Source: the human T2T-CHM13v2.0 reference genome, Homo sapiens. From it: DNA of 64,000 nucleotides. Of this stretch, positions 41,701 through 54,733 are shown piece by piece. The position numbers and the translations under genes are program-made. Location of the stretch: assembly GCF_009914755.1 (NCBI RefSeq), contig NC_060935.1; one strand, given 5' to 3'. Each line of letters starts with the position of its first letter. The stretch's first letter is position 1. A model generated the notes under the pieces. The model did not search any database. It was not told the origin of the DNA and saw only the letters and a program-made list of their open reading frames with translations.

Positions 41701-44099
41701 ATCTTCACATCAAACCTAGACAGAAGCATTCTCAGAATGTTTCCTGTGATGACTGCATTCAACTCACAGAGGTGAACAATCCTGCTGATGGAGCAGTTTT
41801 GAAACTCTCTTTCTTTGGATTCTGCAAGTGGATATGTGGACCTCTGTGAAGATTTCATAGGTAACGGGTTCATCTTCACAGAAAAACTAAACAGGAGCAT
41901 TCTCAGAAACTGCTTTGTGATGTTTGTGTTCCACTTAAAGAATTGAACTTTCCTCTTGACAGAGCAGCTCTGAAACCCTCTTTTTCTAGAATCTGCAAGT
42001 GGACATTTGGAGGGCTTTGAGGCCTGTGGTGGAAAAGGAAAATCTTCACATAAAAACTTTATGGAAGCATTCTCAGAAACTTCTTTGTGATGATTGCATT
42101 CGACTCACAGAGTTGAACATTCCTATAGATAGAGCAGGTTGTAAACAATCTTTTTGTAGAATCTGCGATTGGAGATTTGGACTGCTTTGAGGCCTACTGT
42201 AGTAAAGGAAATTACTTCATCTAAAAACCAAACGGAAGCATTCACAGACAATTCTTAGTGATCATTGCATTGAACTAACAGAGCTGAACATTCCTTTAGA
42301 TGGCGCAGTTTCCAAACACACTTTCTGTAGAATCTGCAAGTGGATATTTGGACCTCTCTGAGGATTTCGTTGGAAACGGGATAAACTTCCCAGAACTACA
42401 CGGAAGCATTCTGAGAAACTTCTTTGTGATGTTTGCATTCAACTCACAGAGTTGAACCTTGCTTTCATAGTTCAGCTTTCAACACTCTTTTTGTAGAATC
42501 TGCAAGTGGATATTTTGACCACTTAGTGGGCTTCCTTCGAAACGGGTATATCTTCACATCAAACCTAGACAGAAGCATTCTCAGAATGTTTCCTGTGATG
42601 ACTGCATTCAACTCACAGAGGTGAACAATCCTGCTGATGGAGCAGTATTGAAACTCTCTTTCTTTGGATTCTGCAAGTGGATATGTGGACCTCTGTGAAG
42701 ATTTCGTTGGAAACGGGTTCATCTTCACAGAAAAACTAAACAGAAGCATTCTCAGAAACTGCTTTGTGATGTTTGTGTTCCACTTCAGGAATTGAACTTT
42801 CCTCTTGACAGAGCAGCTCTGAAACCCTCTTATTCTAGAATCTGCAAGTGGACATTTGGAGGGCTTTGAGGCCTGTGGTGGAAAAGGAAAATCTTCACAT
42901 AAAAACTAGATGGAAGCATTCTCAGAAACTACTTTGTGATGATTGCATTCGACTCACAGAGTTGAACATTCCTATAGATAGAGCAGGTTGTAAACAATCT
43001 TTTTGTAGAATCTGCGATTGGAGATTTGGACTGCTTTGAGGCCTACTGTAGTAAAGGAAATAACTTCATCTAAAAACCAAACGGAAGCATTCACAGACAA
43101 TTCTTAGTGATCATTGGATTGAACTAACAGAGCTGAACATTCCTTTAGATGGAGCAGTTTCCAAACCCACTTTCTGTAGTATCTGCAAGTGGATATTTGG
43201 ACTTCTCTGAGGATTTCGTTGGAAACGGGATAAACTTCCCAGAACTACACGGAAGCATTGTGAGAAACTTCTTTGTGATGTTTGCATTCAACTCACAGAG
43301 TTGAACCTTGCTTTCATAGTTCAGCTTTCAAACACTCTTTTTGTAGAATCTGCAAGTGGATATTTGGACCACTTTGTGGCCTTCCTTCGAAACGGGTATA
43401 TCTTCCCATCAAACCTAGACAGAAGCATTCTCAGAATGTTTCCTGTGATGACTGCATTCAACTCACAGAGGTGAACAATCCTGCTGATGGAGCAGTTTTG
43501 AAACTCTCTTTCTTTGGATTCTGCAAGTGGATATGTGGACCTCTGTGAAGATTTCGTTGGTAACGGGTTCATCTTCACAGAAAAACTAAACAGGAGCATT
43601 CTCAGAAACTGCTTTGTGATGTTTGTGTTCCACTTAAAGAATTGAACTTTCCTCTTGACAGAGCAGCTCTGAAACCCTCTTTTTCTAGAATCTGCAAGTG
43701 GACATTTGGAGGGCTTTGAGGCCTGTGGTGGAAAAGGAAAATCTTCACATAAAAACTTTATGGAAGCATTCTCATAAACTTCTTTGTGATGATTGCATTC
43801 GACTCACAGAGTTGAACATTCCTATAGATAGAGCAGGTTGTAAACAATCTTTTTGTAGAATCTGCGATTGGAGTTTTGGACTGCTTTGAGGCCTACTGTA
43901 GTAAAGGAAATTACTTCATGTAAAAACCAAACGGAAGCATTCACAGACAATTCTTAGTGATCATTGCATTGAACTAACAGAGCTGAACATTCCTTTAGAT
44001 GGCGCAGTTTCCAAACACACTTTCTGTAGAATCTGCAAGTGGATATTTGGACCTCTCTGAGGATTTCGTTGGAAACGGGATAAACTTCCCAGAACTACA

Positions 44100-47000
44100 C
44101 GGAAGCATTCCGAGAAACTTCTTTGTGATGTTTGCATTCAACTCACAGAGTTGAACCTTGCTTTCATAGTTCAGCTTTCAACACTCTTTTTGTAGAATCT
44201 GCAAGTGGATATTTTGACCACTTAGTGGGCTTCCTTCGAAACGGGTATATCTTCACATCAAACCTAGACAGAAGCATTCTCAGAATGTTTCCTGTGATGA
44301 CTGCATTCAACTCACAGAGGTGAACAATCCTGCTGATGGAGCAGTTTTGAAACTCTCTTTCTTTGGATTCTGCAAGTTGATATGTGGACCTCTGTGAAGA
44401 TTTCGTTGGAAACGGGTTCATCTTCACAGAAAAACTAAACAGAAGCATTCTCAGAAACTGCTTTGTGATGTTTGTGTTCCACTTCAGGAATTGAACTTTC
44501 CTCTTGACAGAGGAGCTCTGAAACCCTCTTATTCTAGAATCTGCAAGTGGACATTTGGAGGGCTTTGAGGCCTGTGGTGGAAAAGGAAAATCTTCACATA
44601 CAAACTAGATGGAAGCATTCTCAGAAACTACTTTGTGATGATTGCATTCGACTCACAGAGTTGAACATTCCTATAGATAGAGCAGGTTGTAAACAATCTT
44701 TTTGTAGAATCTGCGATTGGAGATTTGGACTGCTCTGAGGCCTACTGTAGTAAAGGAAATAACTTCATCTAAAAACCAAACGGAAGCATTCACAGACAAT
44801 TCTTAGTGATCATTCCATTGAACTAACAGAGCTGAACATTCCTTTAGATGGAGCAGTTTCCAAACCCACTTTCTGTAGAATCTGCAAGTGGATATTTGGA
44901 CTTCTCTGAGGATTTCGTTGGAAACGGGATAAACTTCCCAGAACTACAGGGAAGCATTGTGAGAAACTTCTTTGTGATGTTTGCATTCAACTCACAGAGT
45001 TGAACCTTGCTTTCATAGTTCAGCTTTCAAACACTCTTTTTGTAGAATCTGCAAGTGGATATTTGGACCACTTTGTGGCCTTCCTTCGAAACGGGTATAT
45101 CTTCCCATCAAACCTAGACAGAAGCATTCTCAGAATGTTTCCTGTGATGACTGCATTCAACTCACAGAGGTGAACAATCCTGCTGATGGAGCACTTTTGA
45201 AACTCTCTTTCTTTGGATTCTGCAAGTGGATATGTGGACCTCTGTGAAGATTTCGTTGGAAACGGGTTCATCTTCACAGAAAAACTAAACAGAAGCATTC
45301 TCAGAAACTGCTTTGTGATGTTTGTGTTCTACTTCAAGAATTGAACTTTCCTCTTGACAGAGCAGCTCTGAAACCCTCTTTTTCTAGAATCTGCAAGTGG
45401 ACATTTGGAGGGCTTTGAGGCCTGTGGTGCAAAAGGAAAATCTTCACATAAAAACTAGATGGAAGCATTCTCAGAAACTACTTTGTGATGATTGCATTCG
45501 ACTCACAGAGTTGAACATTCCTATAGATAGAGCAGGTTGTAAACAATCTTTTTGTAGAATCTGCGATTGGAGATTTGGACTGCTTTGAGGCCTACTGTAG
45601 TAAAGGAAATAACTTCATCTAAAAACCAAACGGAAGCATTCACAGACAATTCTTAGTGATCATTCCATTGAACTAACAGAGCTGAACATTCCTTTAGATG
45701 GCGCAGTTTCCAAACACACTTTCTGTAGAATCTGCAAGTGGATATTTGGACCTCTCTGAGGATTTCGTTGGAAACGGGATAAACTTCCCAGAACTACACG
45801 GAAGCATTCTGAGAAACTTCTTTGTGATGTTTGCATTCAACTCACAGAGTTGAACCTTGCTTTCATAGTTCAGCTTTCAACACTCTTTTTGTAGAATCTG
45901 CAAGTGGATATTTTGACCACTTAGTGGGCTTCCTTCGAAACGGGTATATCTTCACATCAAACCTAGACAGAAGCATTCTCAGAATGTTTCCTGTGATGAC
46001 TGCATTCAACTCACAGAGGTGAACAATCCTGCTGATGGAGCAGTTTTGAAACTCTCTTTCTTTGGATTCTGCAAGTTGATATGTGGACCTCTGTGAAGAT
46101 TTCGTTGGAAACGGGTTCATCTTCACAGAAAAACTAAACAGAAGCATTCTCAGAAACTGCTTTGTGATGTTTGTGTTCCACTTCAGGAATTGAACTTTCC
46201 TCTTGACAGAGGAGCTCTGAAACCCTCTTATTCTAGAATCTGCAAGTGGACATTTGGAGGGCTTTGAGGCCTGTGGTGGAAAAGGAAAATCTTCACATAC
46301 AAACTAGATGGAAGCATTCTCAGAAACTACTTTGTGATGATTGCATTCGACTCACAGAGTTGAACATTCCTATAGATAGAGCAGGTTGTAAACAATCTTT
46401 TTGTAGAATCTGCGATTGGAGATTTGGACTGCTCTGAGGCCTACTGTAGTAAAGGAAATAACTTCATCTAAAAACCAAACGGAAGCATTCACAGACAATT
46501 CTTAGTGATCATTCCATTGAACTAACAGAGCTGAACATTCCTTTAGATGGAGCAGTTTCCAAACCCACTTTCTGTAGAATCTGCAAGTGGATATTTGGAC
46601 TTCTCTGAGGATTTCGTTGGAAACGGGATAAACTTCCCAGAACTACAGGGAAGCATTGTGAGAAACTTCTTTGTGATGTTTGCATTCAACTCACAGAGTT
46701 GAACCTTGCTTTCATAGTTCAGCTTTCAAACACTCTTTTTGTAGAATCTGCAAGTGGATATTTGGACCACTTTGTGGCCTTCCTTCGAAACGGGTATATC
46801 TTCCCATCAAACCTAGACAGAAGCATTCTCAGAATGTTTCCTGTGATGACTGCATTCAACTCACAGAGGTGAACAATCCTGCTGATGGAGCACTTTTGAA
46901 ACTCTCTTTCTTTGGATTCTGCAAGTTGATATGTGGACCTCTGTGAAGATTTCGTTGGAAACGGGTTCATCTTCACAGAAAAACTAAACAGAAGCATTCT

Positions 47001-47450
47001 CAGAAACTACTTTGTGATGTTTGTGTTCTACTTCAAGAATTGAACTTTCCTCTTGACAGAGCAGCTCTGAAACCCTCTTTTTCTAGAATCTGCAAGTGGA
47101 CATTTGGAGGGCTTTGAGGCCTGTGGTGCAAAAGGAAAATCTTCACATAAAAACTAGATGGAAGCATTCTCAGAAACTACTTTGTGATGATTGCATTCGA
47201 CTCACAGAGTTGAACATTCCTATAGATAGAGCAGGTTGTAAACAATCTTTTTGTAGAATCTGCGATTGGAGATTTGGACTGCTTTGAGGCCTACTGTAGT
47301 AAAGGAAATAACTTCATCTAAAAACCAAACGGAAGCATTCACAGACAATTCTTAGTGATCATTCCATTGAACTAACAGAGCTGAACATTCCTTTAGATGG
47401 CGCAGTTTCCAAACACACTTTCTGTAGAATCTGCAAGTGGATATTTGGAC
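44100..47450 (+). repeat. Tandem duplication of a 1699-bp (849+850) super-unit
   Basis: Variants paired at offset 1699: the 1-bp deletion at 44180/45879, AGAGGAGCTC, CACATACAAAC, TGCTCTGAGG, GTTCTACTTC and GGTGCAAAAG (ORF track IQT 44547/46246, VQK 45397/47096). Confidence 0.9.
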
Positions 47451-49629
47451 CTCTCTGAGGATTTCGTTGGAAACGGGAAAAACTTCCCAGAACTACACGG
47501 AAGCATTCTGAGAAACTTCTTTGTGATGTTTGCATTCAACTCACAGAGTTGAACCTTGCTTTCATAGTTCAGCTTTCAAACACTCTTTTTGTAGAATCTG
47601 CAAGTGGATATTTGGACCACTTTGTGGCCTTCCTTCGAAACGGGTATATCTTCACATCAAACCTAGACAGAAGCATTCTCAGAATGTTTCCTGTGATGAC
47701 TGCATTCAACTCACAGAGGTGAAGAATCCTGCTGATGGAGCAGTTTTGAAACTCTCTTTCTTTGGATTCTGCAAGTGGATATGTGGACCTCTGTGAAGAT
47801 TTCATTGGAAACGGGTTCATCTTCACAGAAAAACTAAACAGAAACATTCTCACAAACTGATGTGATGTTTGTGTTCCACTTCAGGAATTGAACTTTCCTC
47901 TTGACAGAGCAGCTCTGAAACCCTCTTATTCTAGAATCTGCAAGTGGACATTTGGAGGGCTTTGAGGCCTGTGGTGGAAAAGGAAAATCTTCACATAAAA
48001 ACTAGATGGAAGCATTCTCAGAAACTACTTTGTGATGATTGCATTCGACTCACAGAGTTGAACATTCCTATAGATAGAGCAGATTGTAAACAATCTTTTT
48101 GTAGAATCTGCGATTGGAGATTTGGACTGCTTTGAGGCCTACTGTAGTAAAGGAAATAACTTCATCTAAAAACCAAACGGAAGCATTCACAGACAATTCT
48201 TAGTGATCATTGCATTGAACTAACAGAGCTGAACATTCCTTTAGATGGCGCAGTTTCCAAACACACTTTCTGTAGAATCTGCAAGTGGATATTTGGACTT
48301 CTCTGAGGATTTCGTTGGAAACGGGATAAACTTCCCAGAACTACACGGAAGCATTGTGAGAAACTTCTTTGTGATGTTTGCATTCAACTCACAGAGTTGA
48401 ACCTTGCTTTCATAGTTCAGCTTTCAAACACTCTTTTTGTAGAATCTGCAAGTGGATATTTGGACCACTTTGTGGCCTTCCTTCGAAACGGGTATATCTT
48501 CACATCAAACCTAGACAGAAGCATTCTCAGAATGTTTCCTGTGATGACTGCATTCAACTCACAGAGGTGAACAATCCTGCTGATGGAGCAGTTTTGAAAC
48601 TCTCTTTCTTTGGATTCTGCAAGTGGATATGTGGACCTCTGTGAAGATTTCGTTGGAAACGGGTTCATCTTCACAGAAAAACTAAACAGGAGCATTCTCA
48701 GAACCTGCTTTGTGATGTTTGTGTTCCACTTCAAGAATTGAACTTTCCTCTTGACAGAGCAGCTCTGAAACCCTCTTATTCTAGAATCTGCAAGTGGACA
48801 TTTGGAGGGCTTTGAGGCCTGTGTTGGAAAAGGAAAATCTTCACATAAAAACTAGATGGAAGCATTCTCAGAAACTACTTTGTGATGATTGCATTCGACT
48901 CACAGAGTTGAACATTCCTATAGATAGAGCAGGTTGTAAACAATCTTTTTGTAGAATCTGCGATTGGAGATTTGGACTGCTTTGAGGCCTACTGTAGTAA
49001 AGGAAATAACTTCATCTAAAAACCAAACGGAAGCATTCACAGACAATTCTTAGTGATCATTGGATTGAACTAACAGAGCTGAACATTCCTTTAGATGGAA
49101 CAGTTTCCAAACCCACTTTCTGTAGAATCTGCAAGTGGATATTTGGACTTCTCTGAGGATTTCGTTGGAAACGGGATAAACTTCCCAGAACTACACGGAA
49201 GCATTGTGAGAAACTTCTTTGTGATGTTTGCATTCAACTCACAGAGTTGAACCTTGCTTTCATAGTTCAGCTTTCAAACACTCTTTTTGTAGAATCTGCA
49301 AGTGGATATTTGGACCACTTAGTGGGCTTCCTTCGAAACGGGTATATCTTCACATCAAACCTAGACAGAAGCATTCTCAGAATGTTTCCTGTGATGACTG
49401 CATTCAACTCACAGAGGTGAACAATCCTGTTGATGGAGCAGTTTTGAAACTCTCTTTCTTTGGATTCTGCAAGTGGATATGTGGACCTCTGTGAAGATTT
49501 CGTTGGAAACGGGTTCATCTTCACAGAAAAACTAAACAGAAGCATTCTCAGAAACTGCTTTGTGATGTTTGTGTTCCACTTCAGGAATTGAACTTTCCTC
49601 TTGACAGAGCAGCTCTGAAACCCTCTTTT

Positions 49630-52600
49630 TCTAGAATCTGCAAGTGGACATTTGGAGGGCTTTGAGGCCTGTGGTGGAAAAGGAAAATCTTCACATAAAA
49701 ACTAGATGGAAGCATTCTCAGAAACTACTTTGTGATGATTGCATTCGACTCACAGAGTTGAACATTCCTATAGATAGAGCAGGTTGTAAACAATCTTTTT
49801 CTAGAATCTGCGATTGGAGATTTGGACTGCTTTGAGGCCTACTGTAGTAAAGGAAATAACTTCATCTAAAAACCAAACGGAAGCATTCACAGACAATTCT
49901 TAGTGATCATTGCATTGAACTAACAGAGCTGAACATTCCTTTAGATGGAGCAGTTTCCAAACACACTTTCTGTAGAATCTGCAAGTGGATATTTGGACTT
50001 CTCTGAGGATTTCGTTGGAAACGGGATAAACTTCCCAGAACTACACGGAAGCATTGTGAGAAACTTCTTTGTGATGTTTGCATTCAACTCACAGAGTTGA
50101 ACCTTGCTTTCATAGTTCAGCTTTCAAACACTCTTTTTGTAGAATCTGCAAGTGGATATTTGGACCACTTTGTGGCCTTCCTTCGAAACGGGTATATATC
50201 TTCACATCAAACCTAGACAGAAGCATTCTCAGAATGTTTCCTGTGAAGACTGCATTCAACTCACAGAGATGAACAATCCTGTTGATGGAGCACTTTGGAA
50301 ACTCTCTTTCTTGGGATTCTGCAAGTTGATATGTGGACCTCTGTGAAGATTTCGTTGGAAACGGGTTCATCTTCACAGAAAAACTAAACAGAAGCATTCT
50401 CAAAAACTACTTTGTGATGTTTGTGTTCCACTTCAAGAACTGAACTTTCCTCTTGACAGAGCAGCTCTGAAAACCTCTTTTTCTACAATCTGCAAGTGGA
50501 CATTTGGAGGGCTTTGAGGCCTGTGGTGGAAAAGGAAAATCTTCACATAAAAACTAGATGGAAGCATTCTCAGAAACTACTTTGTGATGATTGCATTCGA
50601 CTCACAGAGTTGAACATTCCTATAGATAGAGCAGGTTGTAAACAATCTTTTTGTAGAATCTGCGATTGGAGATTTGGACTGCTTTGAGGCCTACTGTAGT
50701 AAAGGAAATAACTTCATCTAAAAACCAAACGGAAGCATTCACAGACAATTCTTAGTGATCATTGCATTGAACTAACAGAGGTGAACATTCCTTTAGATGG
50801 AGCAGTTTCCAAACACACTTTCTGTAGAATCTGCAAGTGGATATTTGGACTTCTCTGAGGATTTCGTTGGAAACGGGATAAACATCCCAGAAATACACGG
50901 AAGCATTGTGAGAAAATTCTTTGTGATGTTTGCATTCAACTCACAGAGTTGAACCTTGCTTTCATAGTTCAGCTTTCAAACACTCTTTTTGTAGAATCTG
51001 CAAGTGGATATTTGGACCACTTTGTGGCCTTCCTTCGAAACGGGTATATCTTCACATCAAACCTAGACAGAAGCATTCTCAGAATATTTCCTGTGATGAC
51101 TGCATTCAACTCACAGAGGTGAACAATCCTGCTGATGGAGCAGTTTTGAAACTCTCTTTCTTTGGATTCTGCAAGTGGATATGTGGACCTCTGTGAAGAT
51201 TTCGTTGGAAACGGGTTCATCATCACAGAAAAACTAAACAGGAGCATTCTCAGAAACTGCTTTGTGATGTTTGTGTTCCACTTAAAGAATTGAACTTTCC
51301 TCTTGACAGAGCAGCTCTGAAACCCTCTTTTTCTAGAATCTGCAAGTGGACATTTGGAGGGCTTTGAGGCCTGTGGTGGAAAAGGAAAATCTTCACATAA
51401 AAACTTTATGGAAGCATTCTCAGAAACTTCTTTGTGATGATTGCATTCGACTCACAGAGTTGAACATTCCTATAGATAGAGCAGGTTATAAACAATCTTT
51501 TTGTAGAATCTGCGATTGGAGATTTGGACTGCTTTGAGGCCTACTGTAGTAAAGGAAATAACTTCATCTAAAAACCAAACGGAAGCATTCACAGACAATT
51601 CTTAGTGATCATTGCATTGAACTAACAGAGCTGAACATTCCTTTAGATGGAGCAGTTTCCAAACACACTTTCTGTAGAACCTGCAAGTGGATATTTGGAC
51701 CTCTCTGAGGATTTCGTTGGAAACGGGATAAACTTCCCAGAACTACACGGAAGCATTCTGAGAAACTTCTTTGTGATGTTTGCATTCAACTCACAGAGTT
51801 GAACCTTGCTTTCATAGTTCAGCTTTCAAACACTCTTTTTGTAGAATATGCAAGTGGATATTTGGACCACTTTGTGGCCTTCCTTCGAAACGGGTATATC
51901 TTCACATCAAACCTAGACAGAAGCATTCTCAGAATGTTTCCTGTGATGACTGCATTCAACTCACAGAGGTGAACAATCCTGCTGATGGAGCAGTTTTGAA
52001 ACTCTCTTTCTTTGGATTCTGCAAGTGGATATGTGGACCTCTGTGAAGATTTCGTTGGAAACGGGTTCATCTTCACAGAAAAACTAAACAGAAACATTCT
52101 CACAAACTGCTTTGTGATGTTTGTATTCCACTTCAGGAATTGAACTTTCCTCTTGACAGAGCAGCTCTGAAACCCTCTTATTCTAGAATCTGCAAGTGGA
52201 CATTTGGAGGGCTTTGAGGCCTGTGGTGGAAAAGGAAAATCTTCACATAAAAACTAGATGGAAGCATTCTCAGAAACTACTTTGTGATGATTGCATTCGA
52301 CTCACAGAGTTGAACATTCCTATAGATAGAGCAGGTTGTAAACAATCTTTTTCTAGAATCTGCGATTGGAGATTTGGACTGCTTTGAGGCCTACTGTAGT
52401 AAAGGAAATAACTTCATCTAAAAACCAAACGGAAGCATTCACAGACAATTCTTAGTGATCATTGCATTGAACTAACAGAGCTGAACATTCCTTTAGATGG
52501 AGCAGTTTCCAAACACACTTTCTGTAGAATCTGCAAGTGGATATTTGGACTTCTCTGAGGATTTCGTTGGAAACGGGATAAACTTCCCAGAACTACACGG

Positions 52601-54733
52601 AAGCATTGTGAGAAACTTCTTTGTGATGTTTGCATTCAACTCACAGAGTTGAACCTTGCTTTCATAGTTCAGCTTTCAAACACTCTTTTTGTAGAATCTG
52701 CAAGTGGATATTTGGACCACTTTGTGGCCTTCCTTCGAAACGGGTATATATCTTCACATCAAACCTAGACAGAAGCATTCTCAGAATGTTTCCTGTGAAG
52801 ACTGCATTCAACTCACAGAGATGAACAATCCTGTTGATGGAGCACTTTGGAAACTCTCTTTCTTGGGATTCTGCAAGTTGATATGTGGACCTCTGTGAAG
52901 ATTTCGTTGGAAACGGGTTCATCTTCACAGAAAAACTAAACAGAAGCATTCTCAAAAACTACTTTGTGATGTTTGTGTTCCACTTCAAGAACTGAACTTT
53001 CCTCTTGACAGAGCAGCTCTGAAAACCTCTTTTTCTACAATCTGCAAGTGGACATTTGGAGGGCTTTGAGGCCTGTGGTGGAAAAGGAAAATCTTCACAT
53101 AAAAACTAGATGGAAGCATTCTCAGAAACTACTTTGTGATGATTGCATTCGACTCACAGAGTTGAACATTCCTATAGATAGAGCAGGTTGTAAACAATCT
53201 TTTTGTAGAATCTGCGATTGGAGATTTGGACTGCTTTGAGGCCTACTGTAGTAAAGGAAATAACTTCATCTAAAAACCAAACGGAAGCATTCACAGACAA
53301 TTCTTAGTGATCATTGCATTGAACTAACAGAGGTGAACATTCCTTTAGATGGAGCAGTTTCCAAACACACTTTCTGTAGAATCTGCAAGTGGATATTTGG
53401 ACTTCTCTGAGGATTTCGTTGGAAACGGGATAAACATCCCAGAAATACACGGAAGCATTGTGAGAAAATTCTTTGTGATGTTTGCATTCAACTCACAGAG
53501 TTGAACCTTGCTTTCATAGTTCAGCTTTCAAACACTCTTTTTGTAGAATCTGCAAGTGGATATTTGGACCACTTTGTGGCCTTCCTTCGAAACGGGTATA
53601 TCTTCACATCAAACCTAGACAGAAGCATTCTCAGAATATTTCCTGTGATGACTGCATTCAACTCACAGAGGTGAACAATCCTGCTGATGGAGCAGTTTTG
53701 AAACTCTCTTTCTTTGGATTCTGCAAGTGGATATGTGGACCTCTGTGAAGATTTCGTTGGAAACGGGTTCATCATCACAGAAAAACTAAACAGGAGCATT
53801 CTCAGAAACTGCTTTGTGATGTTTGTGTTCCACTTAAAGAATTGAACTTTCCTCTTGACAGAGCAGCTCTGAAACCCTCTTTTTCTAGAATCTGCAAGTG
53901 GACATTTGGAGGGCTTTGAGGCCTGTGGTGGAAAAGGAAAATCTTCACATAAAAACTTTATGGAAGCATTCTCAGAAACTTCTTTGTGATGATTGCATTC
54001 GACTCACAGAGTTGAACATTCCTATAGATAGAGCAGGTTATAAACAATCTTTTTGTAGAATCTGCGATTGGAGATTTGGACTGCTTTGAGGCCTACTGTA
54101 GTAAAGGAAATAACTTCATCTAAAAACCAAACGGAAGCATTCACAGACAATTCTTAGTGATCATTGCATTGAACTAACAGAGCTGAACATTCCTTTAGAT
54201 GGAGCAGTTTCCAAACACACTTTCTGTAGAACCTGCAAGTGGATATTTGGACCTCTCTGAGGATTTCGTTGGAAACGGGATAAACTTCCCAGAACTACAC
54301 GGAAGCATTCTGAGAAACTTCTTTGTGATGTTTGCATTCAACTCACAGAGTTGAACCTTGCTTTCATAGTTCAGCTTTCAAACACTCTTTTTGTAGAATA
54401 TGCAAGTGGATATTTGGACCACTTTGTGGCCTTCCTTCGAAACGGGTATATCTTCACATCAAACCTAGACAGAAGCATTCTCAGAATGTTTCCTGTGATG
54501 ACTGCATTCAACTCACAGAGGTGAACAATCCTGCTGATGGAGCAGTTTTGAAACTCTCTTTCTTTGGATTCTGCAAGTGGATATGTGGACCTCTGTGAAG
54601 ATTTCGTTGGAAACGGGTTCATCTTCACAGAAAAACTAAACAGAAACATTCTCACAAACTGCTTTGTGATGTTTGTATTCCACTTCAGGAATTGAACTTT
54701 CCTCTTGACAGAGCAGCTCTGAAACCCTCTTAT
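49630..54733 (+). repeat. Tandem duplication of a 2552-bp (852+850+850) super-unit
   Basis: Variants paired at offset 2552: extra XbaI 49800/52352, TA insertion 50193/52745, AACATCCCAGAAATAC 50881/53433, AGAATATTTC, CATCATCAC, GGTTATAAAC, TAGAACCTG and GTAGAATATG. Confidence 0.92.
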
